From contig OZ024758.1 in assembly GCA_964016885.1 (NCBI GenBank), positions 9,300,001 through 9,364,000 on the forward strand: a stretch of 64,000 bases of DNA, written 5' to 3'. A program made the translations under genes and the position numbers. Under the pieces are notes generated by a model, which saw nothing but the letters and a program-made list of their open reading frames with translations, was not told where the DNA came from and did no database searches. The stretch comes from Eledone cirrhosa (Eukaryota). Below, piece by piece: positions 44,348 to 59,300 of this stretch (position 1 is the stretch's first letter; every line of letters begins with the position of its first letter).

Positions 44348-47300
44348 ATAGTAATAGTAATAGTAGTCAATGGATAACATTATAATACATTGGTGTATCC
44401 TGAATTAAGGAGAAACTACACAATCCACTATACATATTAGGAATATGTTCTAAATATTAATGTACTCCCTTTTGGACAGACATTGGAAAAAACTTATGGA
44501 AAATACTGGTCAAGTATTTGAGATGGATCCAGATACATTCACACTGGAGAAAATATTTGCTATGGAACTCCATCGTTTCCACGATTGTATCCAGCAGATT
44601 GTAGGGAGTGCAATGAAAGAAATGGCTATAGAAAAGGTGAGTATTTAAACTAATAGAAATTATTTTGAAGTGTGTGGAAGACTGAAATTTCAAAGTGTGT
44701 TTTTGTCATAAAGCCATGGCATTATAACTATAAAATGTGTATAAATGGAGAGTTTAACTCTTTTAGAGGCAATTATCAAACGTTTCCCCCTCATGGGGCT
44801 ATATTCCCATTTTATTTACAATTAGTTTATAGTTATAATTTATGTGTTGTGGTTCTTTGCTTTACAGCAAAAATACGCTTTGAAATAAACTAATAATCTT
44901 TAGAATATAAAAAAAAATGTATATAGAAATTGGCTTTACATTGAGAAAGTCTAAGTCTGTCTCAAACTATGGCTCATCTGACCAGTGTTTATCCCAGTTT
45001 CTGTGGCATTAAGCAACTGAGAGTACAAGACCAGTCCATCACAGGGTTAAACTCCCAGTGCAATGAGAAAGTGAAGTCTCTGAAATGTTCAACATTTTTG
45101 TCCATTTCTCAGATAAAATAGTGGAGATAGCTTAAATTTGCTAGTTAAAAAAACCTATGGTCTCATCACCAACTTTTCTAAATATAATATCAGATTCAGT
45201 TATAAGATATAAACTTCGTATATTTTCAACTTCAAATGTGTGAAATAAATATGGGAGAAAAAAAAAAATCAAATATCTTTATCCCACATACAATAAATTC
45301 TGTCATTTGCTCAAATTTTGTAATTAGCAGTGTTATTAATAAGATACCAAATATGATAGGTAAAACATACAACATTGATATTGCTCCAATTTAATTTGAG
45401 TTTATTAATCATCACCCCTGTTTATTAATAATTTATATAACATAATTTATATAACATTGCTATTTTCCTTCTGTCCATTGACTTTGTTATTTGTCTACCT
45501 TTTTTTTATGTCTCTTGTTTTTGTTAGGGTGTGAAAGAAATTGAGGAAATGTGGTCAAAAATGCTATTTACCGTTGTGCCCTATATGAAGGGCACTTCAA
45601 ACAGGGGTTATATTCTCGGCAGTGTAGATGAAATACTGCAAGCACTTGATGACACATCCATGAATTTGCAGAGTATGTCAACCTCTCGTTTTATTGGGCC
45701 ATTCCTTATGGTGGTCCAGAAGTGGGAAAAAAGTTTATCTTTAATTGCTGAAGTTCTTGATGTAAGTTGATACCTTTAGAATTCTATTTTTTTTATGATT
45801 CACATTTGTAATATTGGTGTAATTCTCTATGAGAAAATTCAACTTGGTCCTATTTTAGCTCTGGATGGTGGTTCAACGTAAATGGATGTATCTTGAAGGT
45901 ATTTTTATTGGTGGTGACATTCGTTCTCAGCTACCTGAAGAAGCCAAAAAATTTGACCAGATTCACAAGACATTCAAAAAGGTAAGACATTATCAACTTC
46001 TGTTAATACAGTTAATTTGATTTTGAATTATTTTTATTATTATTAATACAATTTCTTGTTCAGTTGTACATGTTTCTGTTTAACACAACTAATCATTAAT
46101 AACATTTATAAAGCATATTTCACCCAGTAGAGAGATGGTGGATTAGAAGTGAATAAATTAGAGAGATGATGTATTGGAAGTGAATAATTGATAAAGAGAA
46201 AAGGAGAAAGAGAAAGAGAGTATGATGTCAATGTGTGTATGTATGGGTGAGGAGACGGGAAATGAAGAGAAGAGGTGGAGGAAGAATTTGACTGAGAGAT
46301 AAAAGAGAGGGAACAATATATATATATATATATATATGTGTGTGGGTATGTATGTGTGTGTATATATATATATATATATATCTTGTCTTCTTTTTTTCTT
46401 CACCCACTTATTCCTGGGAGGGCTGTGGGAGAAGAGTCGTCAAACACACCTTCCAGCGGGTTCTGTGATAAGCAACCATCTCCAACTGATATGGCTGGAT
46501 CTTCAAGCTAGACCAGCCAAGCTCATGGATGTTATCCAACCATCTTGCTGAAGGTCTACCCCCTAGTGTGTGTGTGTATGAGTGTAAGCATGTACAGGTC
46601 CTTGGCCTGTCTGGGAGATCAGTGGCTCTGCTTCAGTGCTGACTTGGTCTATATGGACTTGTCCAACCCTTGCCAGTAGGGAAAGTGGACGTTAAAACGA
46701 AAATGATGATGTACGAGGAGATGGGAGTGCTCCCTTCAAGATACATTTTGCACTTTTCTCAGTAGTCTTGTATATGTACCTTCTAATCATCTTTCCATCT
46801 CTTCCATCTCTTCCATCTTTGTGAGTGTCCAGAGACTATAGATACTAATGAGGTCCAGTTCTTCCACTTGTAGATCATGACCGACACAAACAAGAATCCG
46901 AACATCAAAGACTCTTGCCACGCAGCCAATCGTGCACAGGAATTAGAAATGTTAAGCCTGGGTCTTGAGAAATGTCAGAAATCTCTGAATGATTATTTAG
47001 ACACCAAGAGAAATTCTTTCCCACGATTCTTTTTCATATCTGATGATGAACTGCTAAGTATACTTGGTAGCAGTGAAGCAACCTGTGTCCAGGAACATAT
47101 TATTAAGGTAAGATTAACCAAGAAAGTTTTTGATGATTTTTATTAATTTTTTTTTTATAGAAGTGCAATTGGAATAAATGTATTGTAGATATAACTATAA
47201 ATTGGTTAAACATGCAGAAAAAGAAATTAGTATTGGAAAGGAATATAAATGTCATAAGTGAGAGGAAAAGCAAGAAAAGAGCAAGGACTACTAGACAAAG

Positions 47301-50300
47301 GAAGGAAGAAAAGAGAAAAGGGGTGATGACAACAGACTCTACACCTAGGTCAGAGTGGTGTTTCAGTTGCACCCTGCAGTAAAATTGGGCAAAGGAATTT
47401 CTGCAGACAATAGCTAGTGACACCCCACCTCACTGAACTCCTTCCTCAGACAGGCTGCTGTCATTCTGATTTTATGGAAGAGGTCAGCTGTACAGGGTCT
47501 GAGGATGCCTGAGGTCTTGACAGCGACCAGTGCAAAGAGGAAGCAGACAGACAAGCCTCAGCTTATCTTCCTGTTTTATTTATCTGTGTTAAACTATCAA
47601 ACTTATGGCTCCTGGTTCTTGAGATTCCTACCATAGGAATTCTCCTGTACCCATGAGTATGATATTTAACTCAACTTATGGTTTAACCCTTTCATTACTG
47701 TATTTCTAATGAAATACAATGTCTTTCTGTGTTTTAATTAATTTTAAAGATAACCAAAAATTTGGAGGAATTAAATAAGATAAGTTACCTTGTATAATCG
47801 AATATAAGCCAAGGAATTAATATTTTGACAATTTTTACCAACTACAAATTCTACATCAATAAGGTTTGGATTTATGTCCATTTCTCAGACATAAAATAGT
47901 GGGGTCAGCTTATATTTGAGTGTATACGGTAAACTTTTCATAAGTAAGCTGCTATTTAGAAGATTACTTAAAAAAAATGTTATAAAATAAAATTAGGGTA
48001 AACATCTTACAGCAGTGTTGTATCAAAAACCTCAGCTGGTTTTAGATGGTTTAGGATTAAAAGGTTAAGAATTGTAAGATACCAAACTCCTGTATAAGTT
48101 CATATCCCATTCTGAGTGAATTATATCCTTGAGCAATAATGCACTTTATTCTGTTAGTTCAATAAAGCTATTAATGTCAGCACTGTTTCACCTTGTTTTG
48201 AAGATGTTTGACAACATTGCTTCCCTTCGATTTGAAACTGGATCTAATGGTGAGACATTAGCCACAGCAATGATATCAAGTGAGAAGGAGATAATGGATT
48301 TCCGTCATCATGTTAGGGCTGAGGGACGTGTAGAAGATTGGATGACAAATGTACTGAATGAAATGAGGTCGACAAATCGTGTGATAACCAAAGAAGCAAT
48401 ATTTTATTATTGTGCCAATAGTAAAACACGGTAGGTTTTTTACAAATTGATTCATTCCTTTTTGTTTGATTTCAGCGTGAACAGATTATATCTCAAAGAA
48501 GGAATGTTTAGAAAGCTGTGAATAGAGTTTCAAAATTGAATTAGAAGACTTTGTTGTAACTTTGACTTAAAGAATGGGGCATATAAACCTACTAAATGGG
48601 AAACCATGGGCCTCAGTACACATGGGAGCTGCTGTCCATCTTTTGCCTTTCAATGGGTTTATATGGCCCATTATTATTGGACTATTTTATTTAGTCCAAT
48701 TCTCTGAATTGAGAGATCATGGCTCTGATATTACAGGCATGTGGTTAGAATGTCTCAGGAAAGAATCACTGGACAGATTTTATGGGCAAAACCAACTGGC
48801 AGGAGACGCAGAGGTATACCCAGAGCAAGATGGTTGGGATAACATCCATGACTGGTTTATGAGCTCGGGGATCTAGCCTGATCAATTGGAGAGGGTTGTT
48901 TCTGATAGGACATGCTAGAAGGGGTGTTTGAGGTCTCTCTTCCCCTGATCTTACCTAAAATAAGTGGGCAAGAAAGAAGAAAAAGAAGAACAAGAAGGAG
49001 AAGGAGGAGGAGAAGTAGAAGAAGAAGGAGGAGGAGTAGTCTTCTATTTAGTTGTTCTCTCCCCAGAGCCATGAGGGCTCTACAGTTGGGTCTATAACCA
49101 ACAACCTCTCTAGTGATGGTGCCATGAAAATGCACCTGGTACACTCCGTATGGATGTTTGGCAACTGGAAGGGCACCATGCCTAAAAGGGTTGAAAGGGC
49201 CCTTCAATTGTGTCAAAGACGTAGCAACCTCTTCACAATAAATGCACCCAGTACATGCTGTAAAGTGGTTGTTATTAGGAAGGGCATCCAGCTGTAAAAA
49301 GCTTGCCAAACAGTTTGTGTCAAAAGACACAACGACTTCTCCTTAGAACTTGATATGACCGTACGTAAGCAGGATACAGACCTTTCAGCCTGTCTGGGAG
49401 GTTAGTAGCCCCTGATTCAGTACTGACTTAGTCTCTGAAGACATGTCCAATCCTTGATAGCAGGGAAAGCAGATGTTAAATGATGATGATGATGATAGAG
49501 TGGTCATTTGTAAACAGTGTCCTTTTTAAGAGTGTCCTTTTCTTGTTTTCAGAGTCCAGTGTATGTTTAAATATTTGGGGATGGTGTGTCTTGCTTGTAA
49601 CCAAGTCTGGTGGACATGGCAAGTGGAAGATGTTTTCAATAAAATAAAGAAAGGCCAAAAGGCAGCCATGAAGGACTATGCCAAGAAAATTCATACCCAA
49701 ATTGATCACGTAGTTGTGCAGGTATAAATTCTTTTCTTCTACTATAAGTTTCCTCCACTTTAGCATACCCACTGATGATGACTGTTGGGAAGGGTGAAGG
49801 GTTATATATGAGTGTTGGCTGAATAGTTCATAGGCTGACCAAGATACTCTCATGGAATGACCAAATGTGGTTTATTTTTCAACATAGACCCTGGAAAGAA
49901 ACAATGCAGTTATTAATAAGAAGAGCTGAAATTAATGCATGCAAGATTTCACAGCTCTAGCATCACTCCTATGAACTTTTCAGCTGACCCTCAGAGAATG
50001 AGATGAGTCCAGAACCTGTTATTTCTTATTTATAGTTTTTTTTCTTTCCCTTACATAACTAATATCTTTCAAAAAGTCCCAAACACCAGTCTTCTGTTTT
50101 ATTTAGAAATATGAGGTTCCATGACTATAGGCAAAGCAAAATGAGGTTCCATGACCATGTACAAAGTAAAATGCCAGTCAAGTATTGGTATTGATTTAAT
50201 CCACTTTGCTCCCTTCCCCCATATTTGCTGGCCTTGTACCTCAATTAGAAAACTATATTGCTCAGTTTAACACCCACCACCTGAGTCTTGTGTGATCTTA

Positions 50301-53300
50301 GTAAGTATACTCTGTTGCAAGCATATGAACCAGGTTTCCTGTTTGAGAATAACCTTGTTCTACCAGTCTAAGAGGTACTACCCTTCCTCCATTGACTAAA
50401 TCATAAGAAAATATATACCTGCTGAATAAAAGATGTTATTGCTTGTTAGTAGTTGCTGTTTTTGCAGTTTGTTTGTTGGTTGGTTGTGTGGTATTAGTAT
50501 GGAGCAGTGTTTTGGTTGCTGATGCTCTTGTTGTGGTTGTGGAAATACAGAACTTATAAACTGAATATCAGTGTCTGTTTATAGAACAGCAAAGAAACTA
50601 ATCACATCTCTTATACAATGAAAATATGAAAAGAATACTCAAACCTCACTACCCCATTGATACAAGCCCAGGCAGTGTGGGAGAAGACTCTCTGATGGCA
50701 CAACCCCAGGTGCAAGCTGCCTCTTGGTCCCAGCGGACAGAATAGAGGAAGTATTACCCTGGAGGAGGATGAAAGAGACAGAGTCCAACTTGTGTGGCTC
50801 CCAATAGCAGTGAGTAAGGAAGTGGTCAAGGGACCAAGAATGATGGGAGTCTGCTTATAAAGATATTTCCTATGCTAAGAGGAATTCTGGATCTGCTACA
50901 TATGCATGCTGCTAACATTAACAGATGACAAATACCATTCATATTTTTGATTATACTTATTAAGATAACTACAGCCAGAAGCAAACTGCAAAGAACCAAA
51001 GGCAAAAAACATGAGAATTTCTCACCAGTTGAGAGTAGGTATTGAGGGAGAAGAAATAAGTTAATGGTGTTGGAGTAGTGTTGATAAAGATAAAGAAGGG
51101 AGTAGGTTGAAATTAAGTGTTATATTAAAGATTTTCATTCTTATTAGAAAACATTTTCTTGGTTTTTATATACACACAAACATTACTGGTGATAAGCTGT
51201 TTTATATACACACAAACATCTATCTATCTATCTAAGGCGGGTAAAATTCCCGAGATCCATGGACGAGTTCTCTCCAGCGGTCTCTGTCCCTCATTATCGC
51301 TGCCATATCCTGCATCTCCCAACAGACCAGTGTCTGTCCTTAGGGCATCAACATATGTTAACCTTGGTCTTCCTCTTCTAGTGTGTCCATGTAGGGGCTC
51401 CCAAAGGAGCACTGAGTGCAATGTCAACTCCGGATGTCGGTGAGCATGTCCAGCCAACCTCAGTCTTCTCTGTGTCACTTTAGAGCTGACCTTTGGGATG
51501 CTCCCATACAGCTCTGAGTTTTTCATCCTCAGTGTAAACTGATTAATGTTCAGAGCCATCCTCAGCATTCTCGTGTAGCACCCATCCACCATCTGAGTGA
51601 GTCTCTTGGTCAGTGTCCAAGTCTCAGACCCATACAGCAGCACAGACTCCACTACAGCAATGAAGAGGTGGATTTTCAGGTCTCTACGAAGGTCCGACCC
51701 CCACACCGACCTCAAGCTGTGACACGCCGCCCAGGCCTTGCTCTTCCTCTCAACCACATCATCCTCCGTATTCCCAATCTTTGCTTCCAAACATTATTGG
51801 TGATAAGCTGTTTTTATATACACACAAACATTATTGGTCATAAGCTGTTTTATATACACACAAACATTACTGGTGATAAGCTGTTTTATATACACACAAA
51901 CATTACTGGTGATAAGCTGTTTTTATATACACACAAACATTATTGGTGATAAGCTGTTTTATATACACACAAACATTATTGGTGATAAGCTGTTTTTATA
52001 TACACACAAACATTATTGGTCATAAGCTGTTTTATATACACACAAACATTATTGGTGATAAGCTGTTTTATATACACACAAACATTATTGGTGATAAGCT
52101 GTTTTTATATACACACAAACATTATTGGTCATAAGCTGTTTTATATACACACAAACATTACTGGTGATAAGCTGTTTTATATACACACAAACATTATTGG
52201 TGATAAGCTGTTTTATATACACACAAACATTATTGGTCATAAGCTGTTTTATATACACACAAACATTATTGGTCATAAGCTGTTTTATATACACACAAAC
52301 ATTATTGGTCATAAGCTGTTTTATATACACACAAACATTATTGGTGATAAGCTGTTTTTATATACACACAAACATTATTGGTGATAAGCTGTTTTATATA
52401 CACACAAACATTACTGGTGATAAGCTGTTTTATATACACACAAACATTACTGGTGATAAGCTGTTTTATATACACACAAACATTATTGGTGATAAGCTGT
52501 TTTTATATACACACAAACATTATTGGTGATAAGCTGTTGAGTTGAAACAGTCATCATGTCGGGATTCTATTGGCAAGGCACATAACTCTGTCTTCAATTA
52601 TTTGCGGAGCTAAAAATATGTCACTCTAAAATTATGAGCGGAAGGGTTTCCATCTGTAAAACTACTTAGACATACACACACACACACACTATCTATCTCT
52701 CTCACACACACACACTCTCAAACCACATACACAAACACACACACACACACGCTATCTATCTCTCTCACACACACACACTCTCAAACCACATACACAAACA
52801 CACACACACACACGCTATCTATCTCTCTCACACACACACACTCTCAAACCACATACACAAACACACACACACACACGCTATCTATCTCTCTCACACACAC
52901 ACACTCTCAAACCACATACACAAACACACACTCACACACAAACACACATACACACACACACTATCTATCTCTCTCACACACACACACTCTCAAACCACAT
53001 ACACAAACACACACTCACACACAAACACACATACACACACACACTCCACATACATACACACTCACACACCACATACACACACTTTCACACGCATACATAG
53101 ACACACTCACACACAGACATATAGAAGCCATGCTAAAAGCAGAACATGTGTAAGCAAGATGTAACCCTTCACCTGCCTGAGAAGACAGTAAATCTGTTTA
53201 AGTACTGACATCATTGAGGTTGACTTTGCCTTTCATCCTTACGGGGTCGATAAAATAAAGTACCAGTAATGCACTGGGTAATTGCTGGCCTTGTGCCAAA

Positions 53301-56300
53301 AGTAGAAACAATTATTATTGTTATTATTATTATATCATGACTCATACACTGTTCATTTTCCTGACATTTGTACATTATTCTATGTACTATACATGCACCT
53401 TTGATGAGTTGTAGTGCACCTGAGCACTGTACACAATAATTTCATTATTATTATTATTATAATTTGTGATGATACATCCAACCTATGCCAGCATAGAAAA
53501 ATGTATGTTAAATTATGATGATGATTTAGAATTGAATTAGCAGGGAGATATGAGTGATGAAAAGATCAATGACTGACAAATTCACGTCCATGTTATAATC
53601 TATCAGCCATCTGTACTTCGATATATTTTCAGATTCGTTCGCCTCTCAGCAAAAATAACCGATTAAAATTCAACACAATTCTCATCATTGATGTTCATGC
53701 CAGAGACATCATCGACAGCTTTGTTCGAGATAGGTTTGTTTGAATACATTAACACATGCACACATGTACACATGTACACATGTATACATGTACACATGTA
53801 CACATGTACACATGTACACATGTATACACATACATGTACACATGTACACACATGTACACATGTATACATGTACACATGTATACACATACATGTACATAAT
53901 CACACATATAAGTATTTGTTTTTAAATTATACTTACAAATTGTTAACATTTATAAAAATTTCTGGAATACTAACCTAACCAAAACTGGTTCTGGTTCTAT
54001 GAAAAAAAAACAAACATTTCAAAGGGTTCCTATTTAACCCTTTAGCATTTGCAATATTCTCTATATACTATTGTATTTTCGTGGTGAAGGCTTTATCTTA
54101 CATTATTATCTCACATAATATCAAATTTATGAGATTTTGATATTATTCATTTTAAGAACAATACTTTAACATTGGTCTGAGTGGCCAGTTATGGCTGGTT
54201 TGAGCAGTGGAGGTGAGAGAATTCTGGCCGGATACAGTCGGTTTGAATGCTAAAGGGTTAAATTAAATCTTCCATTTATTAAGTGACTATCATAGCAGTG
54301 AAATATCAAATAATTTTATTAAATACCCCAAAATTTTTCTTTAGTTAATTGAAATAGAGTGTATTTCCTTATAAATATGGCCACAAAAGAGTTAAACTTT
54401 TCCATAAAATGTCTGTTGAAACAGATTTAGGCATAATCAAGTTATTAATAATATCAAGACATTCTCTCTCTTGATATTATTTAATAGGATACTTTATTAT
54501 GATTTTTCTTGATTTATTAGTATCATCAATGCTCGAGAATTTGAATGGGAAAGTCAATTAAGATTTTATTGGGTGCGAGAATCTGATGAACTTCTTGTCC
54601 GGCAATGTACTGGTGAGTTTGGTTATGGTTATGAATATATGGGACTCAATGGACGTTTAGTTATCACTCCATTGACAGACAGGATTTATCTTACTTTAAC
54701 ACAGGTCAGTGAATTGGTTTAATTTCTTACACTAATTATTCTCTTTCTAATTTCTTTTCCTCATTCTTTTCTTTTCTGTTGTTCCTCTTCTTTCTTTCTC
54801 ATCACCTCAGATCATGGGAACAACCTTTATCAAATTACCATCAGCCCTCTTTCTCCTTCCTTCCCTCACAACATAACTATGATTGCACCCTCCCACAACA
54901 GGTTTAAATAAATACTTGATGTCATATAATTACCCATTACTATGTCTGGAAGAAATTTTTGCAAAATTAAATGGAGGAAATTTTTTTTCAAAATTGGACC
55001 TATTTGAGGCATATCTTTGGGTACTAGTTGATGAGGAATGTTCAAAGTTATTAGCGATCAACACGAAGTTAGTAAAATTCTGCAGAGGCTGTGCTCTTGC
55101 AGTGAAATCACCACCTACAACATATCAATCTTGGCTGACATTCCATGGACCAGGTTACACCTACATTTTACAGGACTGTTAAACAGATTGTATTATCTAG
55201 TAGTTGTGGACAATTTCACAAAATGGTCAGAGATTTGTAAATGTAGAAGACCAACCTCCATGGTAACAGTAAATTTTCTACACAAAATTTTTGCAAGATT
55301 TGGTGTCCCTGACACCATAGTCTCCGATAAAGGTACCCAATTTACTGCAAGTGAATTCAAGAATTGTTGCAAAATGTTCACAATTTTATCACTAATCCTT
55401 CATATCACCCAAGATCAAACGGACAAGCTGAACACTTAGTGGACACATTCAAAAGTGTGCTAAAAAAACTAACAATTCCTGAGGGTTTACCGAGCAACAC
55501 CAAACCCAAATATCATTTCAGACATGTCGCCGGCTGAACTGATGTTTGCCAGAAAAATTAGGTCAGTTTTTGATAAACTATTGCTGGGATGTAAAATAAA
55601 GACCTGCAGAAACAGCAATATTACATCGGAATATTTCAAACCTGGGGATAAAGTGTTTTTCAGAGTATACAGGAATGGAAAGGAAGGTTGGGAAGACAGG
55701 GTAATAAAAAAAAATAGATCATGGTGCAAGGTTTGAGATGGGAACACAAAAGGCATATTAATCAGCTAAAATGAAGGTTGGCTACGGAAAAGGGTACAAG
55801 AAAGGAAGTACCTATGGAAGTACTCTGACATATTTGATGTGCTGGCTCCACAAGAAATTATCAAACCAAGGTGTACCAGCAAGAGAAAAAGAAAGCAGAC
55901 GGAATTGTTGGAGGTAGTCTTGAAGCAGAAAAAAATATTAAGTTTCCGAAGGTAGTAAATCTCAAAAAGGGAGATGTTGGGAGAAAGAAAAAAAAAGGAA
56001 GAAAATCTCAAAAGGGGAAAAATATTGTGGTGAACACCCCTTTGGGAACTAAAGAAATGGACTTGGCAGACTATAATAAATAAGCAACATGTCTCATCAG
56101 GAGTTCAGTTGGAATCTCACTTGAAAGTCTCACGTTTTGTAGTTGGAAGTTACGCCTAAGATAAAATTGTTAGTGCCCCCGCATCATAGAAAATATAACC
56201 AGTCCAAAGGGGTATAACATTTCTTTATATTTTCAGGCTTTATCGATGCAGCTGGGTGGAGCTCCAGCTGGCCCTGCAGGAACTGGTAAAACCGAGACAA

Positions 56301-59300
56301 CAAAAGACCTTGCTAAAGCCCTGGGACTTCTCTGTGTGGTGACCAACTGTGGTGAAGGGATGGATTTTAAGGTGGATTTCCTATTACCACTAATCATTAG
56401 TTTTCATCTTTCTCTCATGTTGTTTGCTGGCAAGATTTATTTAAATCTGGAACTTTAACACTGTGTATCTGTGTGTGTGTGTGTGTGTATCTGTGTATTA
56501 GTGTTTGTGTGTGTGTATTTATGTGTATTTGTGTGTGTATGTATATTTATGGAAGCACATGGCTTAGTGGTTAGAGCATTGGCCTTGCAATCGAAAGGTT
56601 GTGAGTTCAATTCTCAGACCGAGTGATGTGTTGTTTCCTTGAGCAAGACACTTTATTTCACATTGCTCCAGTTTACTCAGCTGTAGAAATGAGATGATAG
56701 GGACTGGGGTCCCTATCATTCCACTGCAAAGTGGTCGTGGAGGTGCCACAGCTAAAAAGCACCCAGCACTCACTGTAAATGAGGTTGGTGTTCTGAGCAA
56801 GACACAGTCATCTGACCTGACTTGTCTCTCGTAATGAGACAACTCGTCTAACCCATGATAGCATGGAAAAATGGATGTTTAATGGTGATGAAGATGATGA
56901 TGATGATGATGATACACTTTAAGAAAATTTATTTCTCTATATTCTTATTTCCTTTTTTAGGCTGTTGGCAAAATCTTGTCGGGACTTGCTCAATCTGGGG
57001 CTTGGGGCTGTTTTGACGAATTCAACCGGATTGAAGCATCCGTGCTTTCTGTTATTTCAACTCAAATGAAAACCATTCAGAATGCCTTGATCTTAAAACT
57101 GAAAAAATTCCATGTAAGAAAATCATCTTTGTCACTTTTGGAGTTGTATTTGTCTGGCCAATGAGTTGATCAGAAAACGTGTTGAAACTAAAACAATTGT
57201 GACACGGAAAACTCATTTAAGCCATTTAAAAACACTCAAAACCTGTTAACTTTACTTCATATATATAATATTTTTCTTTCTTGGTGTCAAAATTTTCATC
57301 ACACTGCCTGCAACCTGGTCACAGGTAGATCTGTGTCTGTGACCAGGTTATTGACAGTGTTGTAGAGCATTGCTGCTTGTAAAGGTAAACTATTGACTGA
57401 AGGGACTTTATTGCTGAACGATTATTGAACTGGTCAGCAGTGAAGGGAATTCTGGTTAGGCAGTTAACAAGACCTGAACTTTAGGGGTAGATTGTTCTTC
57501 CTTACACTTTATAAATGTTTGTCACCCAATAAACAACAGTTCAACAAAACATCATTTGTTGTTATTTTCAGTATAGCTTAACTAAAGCTATAGCTTGATA
57601 AACATTTTGACACCAAGCAATAAATGATATAAAGTTAAAATTTTTTCTGTTTTTTAAATTACTAAAATGTGTGACGGACAGACAGACAGACAGAAACAGC
57701 TCTTCTTTTTATAGATTAATTGTATTTGTAATTTAAAAAATAAAGAATTTGTTTTTGCAGATATGGGATTAGGGTGGGGGCAGCATAATACTTTAAGGGA
57801 TTATGGCTTCAAAGAGACTTAATCCAGCCCTGCTCTTTACAATAATTGGGGTAAATAAAGTAAAAAGATACTGCATTAAAATTTTGTTCTTTCTTTCTAG
57901 TTTGAAGGACAAGAAATAACTCTTGATCCTAAAGTTGGCATTTTCATCACTATGAACCCTGGATACGCTGGTCGTACTGAACTTCCTGAATCAGTGAAGG
58001 CATTATTTCGTCCTGTTGTTGTCATTGTTCCTGATCTGCAGCAAATCTGTGAGATTATGCTTTTCTCTGAAGGATTTCTTCTGGCTAAGGTAAGTGTGTC
58101 TACCTGTAGGTTCGTTTCAATTTTAATGAAATACAATTGTAAAATATGAATAATGATTTGCTGATTAATAAATGAATCAATCAAATCAATAACCAATTGC
58201 AATCACATATCAGAAAATCTCTTCAGGAAACCAATATTAGATTTGGGAAATGTATGTCCCAAAAGATGTTAGCATGTTATTTACCCACTAAGATAGACTA
58301 ATAGAATGTGAACTGGTTATGATTTTTTTAGCAGTTTTATGTGGTATTTACATAAACCTCATTATTTTATTACTTTTCAGATATTGGCTAAGAAGATGAC
58401 AGTGTTATATAAACTGTCGAAAGAACAGCTCTCTAAGCAGTATCACTATGACTTTGGGTTGAGAGCTCTAAAATCGGTTTTAGTCATGGCTGGTGAGCTG
58501 AAACGACAGTCTGCTGATCTTCCTGAAGTAAGTGGCTTTCGTCATTTTACTAGAATCATCATAAATTCTAAAAAGATATTCATATTGAATAGGGTATTGG
58601 GTTAGGGTATTGGGTTCACAATCATAAGATTGGTAGTTCAATTTGTAGACTGGTGACCTAATTAACAGTGGGGAAGGTTGCACTGAAAGCATAGTAGCTA
58701 GAATATGATGAACAGGCTGGAAAAGTTAAGAGAGCTACTATTTCTGTTGACAACAAAGGGATTTTTTGTCTGAGTGAAAGGTAGATTGTATGATGCCTGT
58801 GTGAGAAGTGTGATGTTGCATCGCAGTGAGATATGGATGGTAAATATAAAGGATATGTGAAGGTTAGAGAGAAACAAATTGATCGCGTGTCACTAGATGT
58901 GTAATGTTAATGTACATGAATGATAAAGCACAGATGACATGAGAGAAAAACTGAGTATAAGAGGAATTGATGTTGTGGGCAGGAGGGTAGAGTGTGCTGG
59001 TATAGACACATAATGCATATTGATGAATTTTGCTATTTATTAAAGTTTCCTTGTGTGCTGCATGGCCAAATGGTTAAGAAGTTCATTTTACAATCATAAG
59101 GTCCTAGGTTCAATCCTAATGCATGGTATCTTGAGCAAGTGTCATTTACTATAATCTTGGGTTGATCCAAGCCCTGAGAGTGAAATTGGATAAATGGAAA
59201 CTGCCTGAAAGCCCATTGGCTGGAATTTGTAATTCAAAGGGTTAATTTGGTCACATACTATATTACTCTGAATCTCCCTGAGAATTATGTTAAAGGTACA

